Shown here piece by piece: positions 57,253-64,000 of a stretch of DNA of 64,000 nucleotides. Position numbers and translations under genes: made by a program. The notes under the pieces were generated by a model. It ran no database searches. It was not told where the DNA came from and worked only from the letters and a program-made list of their open reading frames with translations. The stretch comes from a virus (taxonomy: Duplodnaviria > Caudoviricetes). Within the stretch, counting starts at the first letter, position 1. Each line of letters starts with the position of its first letter. The stretch lies in the IMG/VR virus record IMGVR_UViG_3300044723_007907, positions 15,657 to 79,656 of that record. One strand, written 5' to 3'.

Positions 57253-58062
57253 TGGCTGTACATGTAAATTAAGCTCTGAATATTTCCAGTCTGTGATCAC
57301 ACCTTCCTGTGTTACACGTACATCAATTTCACACAAATCATCAAGAGTTACAATAGCTTTTGCATCGTAACATACAGTCATATAATCCGGTTCTGTGAAT
57401 GGTGATATTAAATTCATTTTTTTAGTAGCATTTGTTGTATAGAAATTATACAACTCTTTATCGAGAAATTTATAATCATCTGCAATCTTGTTAATAGTAT
57501 CAACAATATCTCTATAGACATCACTCTCTTTGGCTATGCTCCTTTTCTCTTCTTGAGATAATAAGCTCAAATTAAATATACTTCTGGTTTCATCACGTAA
57601 TGATTTAGGTAATAAATCATCTATTGTTACTGTACGATAGTCTGGATCATTTTCTAATAGTATTAAACTTGATGTTCTGTGTATAACTTTGTACACATGC
57701 TCTGTAGGCCAGTTATTAAGTAGCTTCTGGTAGTGTGGAACAATATCATCAATCACCGGAGTAATGTCAATTTCGTCATATTTTCTCGTAATATTATATT
57801 TCAAGGACTCAACATCATCAATCACGTTTGGATGTAGTTTATACTCTACATTCTCATGTCTGACAATTATGTTCCTAGAATCATTGATAGATCTGTTGTA
57901 TGTTAGACCTCCTCGCTTAACATTTTTATCTAGATCATATACAATACGCCAATTTGTATCACCGAACAGTTCGTTCAACTCTGAATTGATATGTGTATGT
58001 GTTGTCCATTGTTGCTCAAACAGTAGGTTGTGTAGGTTGATGTGTTGACTAGTTTCGCTCAT
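57232..58062 (-). CDS. Hypothetical late-promoter protein in reverse orientation within the island
   Basis: Start reassigned to ATG 58062 with TAAATA 8 nt upstream. Confidence 0.65.
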   Translation of the reverse strand: MSETSQHINLHNLLFEQQWTTHTHINSELNELFGDTNWRIVYDLDKNVKRGGLTYNRSINDSRNIIVRHENVEYKLHPNVIDDVESLKYNITRKYDEIDITPVIDDIVPHYQKLLNNWPTEHVYKVIHRTSSLILLENDPDYRTVTIDDLLPKSLRDETRSIFNLSLLSQEEKRSIAKESDVYRDIVDTINKIADDYKFLDKELYNFYTTNATKKMNLISPFTEPDYMTVCYDAKAIVTLDDLCEIDVRVTQEGVITDWKYSELNLHVQPLFNVML

Positions 58063-58066
58063 TGTG

Positions 58067-58076
58067 TAAATATTTA
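58067..58076. promoter_or_regulatory. Palindromic TAAATATTTA (late motif on both strands) between divergent genes
   Basis: Perfect palindrome in the 22-nt gap between ATG 58062 (-) and ATG 58085 (+). Confidence 0.55.
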
Positions 58077-58084
58077 TTCTAAGT

Positions 58085-59011
58085 ATGGCACCTAAACACA
58101 TAGATATTGTTACAAATCTAACAACATCAGAGCAATGTCCTTTGAATTGTTCATACTGTATCATGGATTATGATAAAAACATGGAACTAGATGTAATTTC
58201 ATTAAAATCAAACAAGCTAATTGATAGAATCGCTAACCTAGTTAACTACTTGACACAAGACGGTTACACGATATACATGAGTCAAACTAATGGTGAGCCT
58301 TTGTTGAATTACACTAAGGTAGAACACCTTATACACAAATTAAACAATACATCAGGATTAACATATGACGTATTGTCATCACTTGCATTCGATGAACGTA
58401 ACAATTATACGAGTGTAATTAAACATGCAAAAAAATATATTGATTTGTTCACCACGTATGATATAGGGTATACCTTCAGATGGTCCGTACATATAGAATA
58501 TTTTAAGGATATTAAACATATTACAGACCACTATAAAATGTTGATAGATGTATTAGGCCCTGTGATTCAACCCATAGTCATGCTAAACAAACCAAGTGAT
58601 GTTATGAAGTACACCGCTCTCAAGTATATCGAACCTAAAACAATATATCATCTTGTTTTGACGCCTGCCGGTACAGTCACTCTCCTGAATAAACTCACAG
58701 AATCTCAACTGTCTACATTGAGAGATAGTGATGACTATGTTAGAGGTAAACACATAATTGATAGATTGATGAATGATGATTTCTCTTTCACAGGAACTCC
58801 CTGTCACTTACCACTACTGTTAAATATAGTTGAAGATGGTACTGCTTTTAGCTGTCCAAACGCATATCATAATTTTTATGATGATGATGTTAATATTATT
58901 GGTAATATATTGACCTTAACAAACGAACAAATAACAGATTTATTTTCACCAATCCAATCGTGTCCATACAAGCAATGTAATGTTTGCGCTAGCGACACAA
59001 GCATATTATAA
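58085..59011 (+). CDS. Radical SAM protein 8
   Basis: CPLNCSYC, NGEPLL, SVHIE, FTGTPC, CPYKQCNVC. Confidence 0.88.
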   Translation: MAPKHIDIVTNLTTSEQCPLNCSYCIMDYDKNMELDVISLKSNKLIDRIANLVNYLTQDGYTIYMSQTNGEPLLNYTKVEHLIHKLNNTSGLTYDVLSSLAFDERNNYTSVIKHAKKYIDLFTTYDIGYTFRWSVHIEYFKDIKHITDHYKMLIDVLGPVIQPIVMLNKPSDVMKYTALKYIEPKTIYHLVLTPAGTVTLLNKLTESQLSTLRDSDDYVRGKHIIDRLMNDDFSFTGTPCHLPLLLNIVEDGTAFSCPNAYHNFYDDDVNIIGNILTLTNEQITDLFSPIQSCPYKQCNVCASDTSIL

Positions 59012-59012
59012 C

Positions 59013-59690
59013 ATGATTACAGAACTAGTTGAACACTCATTTAAAAATAAGTTAACACATGTACCATCAGCTCTGTCAATGTTAACATATATCAATATAC
59101 TATTCACACAAGAATATGTCAAGCCGTACCGTGACCGGATTGTGCTAGGTAAACCGTTCGGTTCTCAGGCATATTATCTAGTATGGAAGAAACTCGGATA
59201 TCTGGATAATATCGACAACCTTTCAATGGGTGTAAAGCATGAAGAAATTAGTTTTGTTGATTATGGTGAGGAGACAATGGGTAACGCGCTTGGGGTGGCA
59301 GCGGGTATGGCAATCGCTAATCCAACACAGATTGTTTGGGTTAATATAACCGACGCAACATTGCAGATGGGCAGCACTCTCGAAGCATTACAGTATATAG
59401 GTCACAATGAGCTTAATAATATATTGCTGACAGTTGATAATAATAACTGTCAAGTCACCGGTAAAACGAGCGATGTATTGCATGTAGGACCTGTGTTAGA
59501 TTTTATACACAATAACAATTGGGATGTGGTTACATGTGATGGTCATTGTGGTGCAACAATCAAAGACACATACACTCAGCGATCAAACTTCCCTAGAGCG
59601 TTTATATATAATACGATTAAGGGGTATGGAGTACCGTATATGGAATGTGATCCCGTTAAATGGCACTACAGGCCTATTGAATCATTATGA
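59013..59690 (+). CDS. Split transketolase-like, N-terminal ThDP-binding subunit
   Basis: HVPSALS, MGNALGVAAGMAIA, TDATLQMGS.LEA...VDNN, TIKGYGV.YME...WH; start ATG 59013. Confidence 0.85.
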   Translation: MITELVEHSFKNKLTHVPSALSMLTYINILFTQEYVKPYRDRIVLGKPFGSQAYYLVWKKLGYLDNIDNLSMGVKHEEISFVDYGEETMGNALGVAAGMAIANPTQIVWVNITDATLQMGSTLEALQYIGHNELNNILLTVDNNNCQVTGKTSDVLHVGPVLDFIHNNNWDVVTCDGHCGATIKDTYTQRSNFPRAFIYNTIKGYGVPYMECDPVKWHYRPIESL

Positions 59691-60163
59691 GAGCGACATT
59701 AGACACATTTTTATCTAAATACAATAACCCTAATTTGTATTTCTTGCATGCGGATATGTGGCAATATCCGAAATTTATTAGCAAGTATCCTGAAAGATGT
59801 TTAAATGTTGGTATACAAGAACCTAACATGTTGAATATAGCTGGAGGCCTAGCTAGTCAAGGTAAAACAGTCTTTGTATACGGTGTTGCAGGTTTTGTGT
59901 ATCAACGTGGCTATGAACAGCTAAAGTTTAGTATACGGCAATTCGGAAAAAGTGTAACTCTTATAAATGCAGGCAATAACGGGTGTTATAGTAAGTGTGG
60001 TATCGGGCATATGCCGGATGATGATTTTAAATTAATGTCTGCACTTGATATTAATTGTTATGAACCTACTAGGAGATCGGAGTTTCTACACATCTTAACA
60101 CAGTGTGTCCGAAACAAGCAAACAAATTTTATAAGACTCGGTTGGGATAATTGTGAGTGGTAA
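59687..60163 (+). CDS. Split transketolase-like, pyrimidine-binding subunit (158 aa, C-terminal domain absent)
   Basis: LNVGIQEPNM..IAGGLA..G, RGYEQLK, G.GH. Confidence 0.85.
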   Translation: MRATLDTFLSKYNNPNLYFLHADMWQYPKFISKYPERCLNVGIQEPNMLNIAGGLASQGKTVFVYGVAGFVYQRGYEQLKFSIRQFGKSVTLINAGNNGCYSKCGIGHMPDDDFKLMSALDINCYEPTRRSEFLHILTQCVRNKQTNFIRLGWDNCEW

Positions 60164-60758
60164 AAATATTTTAGTTACCGGTGGTCGTGGATATCTCGCG
60201 AGCAATTTGATAAAAAATATATCACATGATAATAATATTATTTTGTTTGAAGGTGACGTGAGACACAAAAAGAAGTATAGTGATATTGACTTGATATTAC
60301 ATTTCGCATCACCAAGTGATCGTGTGGACTTTTTGGATGTTGCTCGAACATCAAGTACAATTATCGAAGGTACAATTAATATATTAAATATAGCTAGAGC
60401 TAACAATTGTAGATTTGTATTCGCGAGTACGTTAGGTGTTTGTTATTTAGATACTGATTGTATATATACGATTAGCAAACTTGCAATGGAAAAATATATA
60501 ACGAGCATGTATAATAATTATGTGATTTTACGTATACCTAGAGTTTATAGTAAGTGTAGAAGAAAAGGTCTAATTAAACAACTACGAGACGGTACAGTAC
60601 CTCACACTGACTATGATAAACATATTGAATATATTACTGTCGATGATTTTGTTAATCAAACTAAACCTATACTGTTCACACATGGAAACAAAATACATAA
60701 TTATACTATCACACACAAACAAACAATTGGTAAAATAAATCAATGGATAAAAACATAA
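60153..60758 (+). CDS. NAD-dependent epimerase/dehydratase (short SDR)
   Basis: LVTGGRGYLASN, HFASP, YTISK, LRIPRVY. Confidence 0.85.
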   Translation: MSGKNILVTGGRGYLASNLIKNISHDNNIILFEGDVRHKKKYSDIDLILHFASPSDRVDFLDVARTSSTIIEGTINILNIARANNCRFVFASTLGVCYLDTDCIYTISKLAMEKYITSMYNNYVILRIPRVYSKCRRKGLIKQLRDGTVPHTDYDKHIEYITVDDFVNQTKPILFTHGNKIHNYTITHKQTIGKINQWIKT

Positions 60759-61666
60759 TAATAACAGGCGCCGGTGGATTCATCGGATCTAACCTCGCGA
60801 GGTTTTATTTACATAAAGGATACAATATCAAGTTGTTTGATAATTTCAGTACCGGTACCGTTAAATCGATTGCTGGTGGTGTTGTCGAGCGGGTGGATCT
60901 CTCGATCCCAGAACAAGCACACTCATTAGAACCACATATAGAATCAGCTGATATTGTGTATCATATGGCGGGGTCGGTTGGTGTAAGATATGTTGATAAT
61001 AACCCTAAAGCGTCACTGTACAATTCATTCAATATAAACAATAATCTCTTCCCTTTGTTCGCTAAACATAAATCTAGAGTTGTGTTTGCAAGCACGAGTG
61101 AAGTTTATGGTGATAATGATAACGCAAAAGAAACCGACCATCTCAAGATAGGACCCACTGATAAGCTCAGATGGGGATACGCGTGCTGTAAGCTCATGTC
61201 TGAATTTTTGTTAAAATCACTAGATATAAACTACACAGTAGTGAGATTTTTTAATGTTACGGGTAGAGGTCAGTTAAGAGACCATGGCATGGTGCTACCT
61301 AATTTTATATTAAACGCGAAGAACGGCGAAGATTTGGTTGTGTTTGGTGATGGTCTACAATGTAGAACCTTTTGTGATATAAGAGATGCAATTGCAATGT
61401 TATATTTAATATCAGATGATAAGCATATAGGTGAGACGTATAACATTGGCAATAGTGATAATATTATTAGTATTACAGACTTAGCTAAATTGGTTGTTGA
61501 TACAATGAATAGTAAGAGTAACATAATCTATGAACCATATGAAAAACACTTCACAAAAAACTTCGGTGAAATATATGTCCGGAAGCCTAACACTGACAAG
61601 ATCAACAAATACTATAAATGTAGATATAACGTTACAGACATAGTAAATAGTATGACACATGGATAA
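60743..61666 (+). CDS. NAD-dependent nucleotide-sugar epimerase/decarboxylase (extended SDR)
   Basis: GAGGFIGSN, STSEVYG, RWGYACCK, RFFNVTG, GDGLQCRTFC. Confidence 0.92.
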   Translation: MDKNIIITGAGGFIGSNLARFYLHKGYNIKLFDNFSTGTVKSIAGGVVERVDLSIPEQAHSLEPHIESADIVYHMAGSVGVRYVDNNPKASLYNSFNINNNLFPLFAKHKSRVVFASTSEVYGDNDNAKETDHLKIGPTDKLRWGYACCKLMSEFLLKSLDINYTVVRFFNVTGRGQLRDHGMVLPNFILNAKNGEDLVVFGDGLQCRTFCDIRDAIAMLYLISDDKHIGETYNIGNSDNIISITDLAKLVVDTMNSKSNIIYEPYEKHFTKNFGEIYVRKPNTDKINKYYKCRYNVTDIVNSMTHG

Positions 61667-62312
61667 TAAAACACTAATCGTTACTGCACATGTTGATGAT
61701 TTTGAATTCGGTATGGGTGGTACTGTATCTAAACTTTGTAAATGTGGTGATGTATACGTTGTTATACTATGTAAGGGTGACCGTCCTGGACATGAAGATG
61801 TAGAATCACATCGCAGAGCTGCTTGCACGCGAAATTGTAAGGATGTTGGTATAGCTGATGTAATGTTTTATCAATTTAATGACACACGGCTTGATACAGT
61901 ACCTCAGACAGATATATGTAATATAATATCAAGAGCTATAAACAAATACCAACCGAGTGTAGTTTACACAAACTATTCAAATGATGTACATAACGACCAT
62001 AAAATTATATCAAGGTGTGTAAGAGTTGCAAGTAGAATGAGATCAACTAGCTCGGTAAATGAATTATATGAATTCTCGATCCCCGGGAGTACAGAGTGGA
62101 GTTTTAACTCTGATATTTTTAATACATACGTAGACATATCTAATCATGTTAATGATAAGATGGAAATGATCAACAGATACACAACAGAGTTACGATCCTT
62201 TCCTGACCCTATGAGTTTAAAAGCAATAATGTCTAGAGATATCTACAACGGTAGCATATCCGGTTGTGATAGTGCCGAGGCTTTTAAGATGGTATTTAAA
62301 AGATGTACTTAG
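61659..62312 (+). CDS. PIG-L/LmbE family N-deacetylase
   Basis: AHVDDFEFGMGG and HNDH metal motifs; AEAF C-terminus. Confidence 0.9.
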   Translation: MDNKTLIVTAHVDDFEFGMGGTVSKLCKCGDVYVVILCKGDRPGHEDVESHRRAACTRNCKDVGIADVMFYQFNDTRLDTVPQTDICNIISRAINKYQPSVVYTNYSNDVHNDHKIISRCVRVASRMRSTSSVNELYEFSIPGSTEWSFNSDIFNTYVDISNHVNDKMEMINRYTTELRSFPDPMSLKAIMSRDIYNGSISGCDSAEAFKMVFKRCT

Positions 62313-63253
62313 ACGGTAAAGAGATTGTCTCTGCTGGTTATCCAGAAAGCGAACACCAGCAAAGACAAATAAGACCTACTTTCTGTTGGGAAATAATAAA
62401 CATTTGCAACTATAAATGCAATTACTGCTCTGCCGGTTATGGAGACAAATCAACAAGACCTGTTTCAAGTTTCTATAAAGATGAGCAAACAAAATCTAGC
62501 TGGAGGTCTGTAATTACAAAATTAGGTTTGGTTAAACATATTGATTGGAATATAAGTTTACTCGGAGGTGAACCTACACTTCACCCGGAATTAAAAGACA
62601 TAATAAAATCATTGTTAACTATAGATAGATGTTCGGAGGTCTGTTTGATAACGAACATGTCAAAGGATATAGATTATTTTGTAAGTTTATATGATGACCT
62701 TGATACAACGAAATGTTGGGTGAATCCCTCTATACATTTTCAATACTACAAGAGTGATACAATTAATAAAATTATACAATTAACGGATTATGTCAAAGTG
62801 GTACCAACAATCATGCTATCAGATAAAAGGAAACATTGGCAAGACATGCTATCATTTTTTGAGTACTGTATAAGCAATAATATAACGTACAATTCAACCT
62901 TTCTTGAACCAATGTATGATTACAAACCAGCATATAGTTCAGATTTCTTCAACACATTCATGAAATATATACAACATGGAAAATCATCTGATGACGATTT
63001 ATATAGTGTGAGGACATCTGATGGTGCGAGCCATAATGTAACTATCGAGGTGATAAATCGTAATGACATTAAAAAGTTTAAGGGATGGACATGCACTCCT
63101 AAATCATGGAGTATAAATGAACGGGGCAATATTGTAAATAGTTGTAGTAGAAAGCCGCTCAAGTTAGGTGGTGGTAATATCGCTACTAAGGAAACTTGTC
63201 CACGTGAGTGTTGTAACTGCAATGAATGGTGGATGTATGACAAGCATAAATAA
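62303..63253 (+). CDS. Radical SAM protein 9
   Basis: WEIINICNYKCNYC, LLGGEPTLH, SIHFQ, KGWTC, CPRECCNC. Confidence 0.92.
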   Translation: MYLDGKEIVSAGYPESEHQQRQIRPTFCWEIINICNYKCNYCSAGYGDKSTRPVSSFYKDEQTKSSWRSVITKLGLVKHIDWNISLLGGEPTLHPELKDIIKSLLTIDRCSEVCLITNMSKDIDYFVSLYDDLDTTKCWVNPSIHFQYYKSDTINKIIQLTDYVKVVPTIMLSDKRKHWQDMLSFFEYCISNNITYNSTFLEPMYDYKPAYSSDFFNTFMKYIQHGKSSDDDLYSVRTSDGASHNVTIEVINRNDIKKFKGWTCTPKSWSINERGNIVNSCSRKPLKLGGGNIATKETCPRECCNCNEWWMYDKHK

Positions 63254-63788
63254 TGATTTTAACAAGCCAGTGTTAATGTTACATGAAGTCAATGAACGTA
63301 TATTAACACTACCACTAGAGAGATACATACTAACATTTGATGATGGACTTTACACACAATATACACATCTCGACACGCTACTTAAAATCGATACGTTGAA
63401 GCTGTTTTTTATTTCAACAGGGATCGTCGCTACAGAATTTACAAAACAAGACCCTAGTTTTATAACATGTAAAGACGCACATAAACTATTCAAAGAAACA
63501 GGAGACCTGTCTCATTATATGAATTGGGAACAGATACAACATATTAGCAAACAATCAAAATGTATCTTAGGAGCACATAGCCATATGCACGGATTAGATG
63601 ATAGTAATATAGTTTGTGACACGAGATTGATGATGAAGACGTGGGAAGAAAAAAACCTCTCAGTCGATACATTTTGCTTTCCGTATAATAAATCAACGCC
63701 AATATATGAGCTATTGTTACGTACAAGAGGTTTTAAAAGTTTTTATGGTGATGGTAGAATTGATGTAGATGAACTTATCACAAACTAA
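63237..63788 (+). CDS. Polysaccharide deacetylase (CE4/NodB-like)
   Basis: LTFDDG, GAHSHMH, FCFPY; probable start ATG 63237. Confidence 0.85.
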   Translation: MTSINNDFNKPVLMLHEVNERILTLPLERYILTFDDGLYTQYTHLDTLLKIDTLKLFFISTGIVATEFTKQDPSFITCKDAHKLFKETGDLSHYMNWEQIQHISKQSKCILGAHSHMHGLDDSNIVCDTRLMMKTWEEKNLSVDTFCFPYNKSTPIYELLLRTRGFKSFYGDGRIDVDELITN

Positions 63789-64000
63789 TATTATCATCAC
63801 AGGTTGTGGTCGTAATGTCAGTCCATTTGTTAAAGGACTACAACGCACAATATTGAAGTATGCAAGCATTTTTAACAAATGTGAGTGTGTTTTTATCGAA
63901 TCAGATTCAACTGACGACACATTTGAGAGATTAACATCATTGAATAATTTTATAAACACAACTGTTATATCTCTAGGTAATTTGGAGGTTGATATTAAAC
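63769..64000 (+). CDS. GT-A glycosyltransferase N-terminus, 3'-truncated by the window edge; missing from the ORF track
   Basis: MNLSQTNIIITGCGRN...VFIESDSTDDT; frame open to the end of the window. Confidence 0.7.
   Translation, partial: MNLSQTNIIITGCGRNVSPFVKGLQRTILKYASIFNKCECVFIESDSTDDTFERLTSLNNFINTTVISLGNLEVDIK

Noticed and set aside
47563-63253. Viperin, QueE/7-deazaguanine or MoaA assignment for the radical SAMs
   Set aside because: No viperin NYHF-type context, no queC/queD/folE/dpdA and no moaC in the window; neighbours are sugar enzymes
51664-63253. Recurring 17-nt gene overlaps in the island
   Set aside because: Explained by ordinary translational coupling among paralogues with similar ends, and three of the four depend on start codons I chose or did not verify
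5315-63959. Many short antisense or alternate-frame ORFs in the track (e.g. 17143..17445, 22565..23092, 27058..27699, 33880..34500, 34148..34810)
   Set aside because: They overlap well-supported genes and have no motifs or promoter/coupling support; treated as shadow ORFs
1-64000. CRISPR array, integrase, transposase or IS
   Set aside because: No regularly spaced repeat-spacer pattern and no recombinase/transposase motifs; the repeats found are in-frame protein modules
1-64000. Alternative genetic code (stop reassignment)
   Set aside because: Standard-code ORFs tile the window densely, conserved proteins are full length, and all three stop codons end genes

Overview
This window is part of a large T4-like (contractile-tailed) phage genome read with the standard genetic code. 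No searches could be run, so all family calls are from motif recognition. Bases 1-27 kb hold a rearranged virion and replication block: dUTPase, gp44 clamp loader, gp25, gp6, two very large baseplate-type proteins, gp20 portal, an S74-chaperone tail fibre and a gp5-like spike. Bases 27-41.8 kb are an accessory region: a Tat-signal DUF1501 protein, a tmRNA with a 35-codon acidic tag, UvsE, RfbB, putative capsid-internal proteins with shared N-terminal leaders, a TIGR02001-like porin, and NrdAB whose beta subunit has the Chlamydia-type class Ic Glu ligand with Ile in place of the radical Tyr. Bases 41.8-47.5 kb carry a second S74 tail fibre and a Cys/acid-rich protein. From 47.5 kb to the window end is an AT-rich island of nine radical SAM genes interleaved with glycosyltransferases, a minimal split transketolase, two SDR epimerases and two deacetylases, with no membrane or export genes. 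This island is the best candidate for an undescribed phage glyco-modification system. Promoter geometry (TAAATA-N5-ATG late motif; sigma70-like TATAAT 6-8 nt before starts) suggests many leaderless mRNAs. Several markers point to a PVC-superphylum host, probably Verrucomicrobia (inference).
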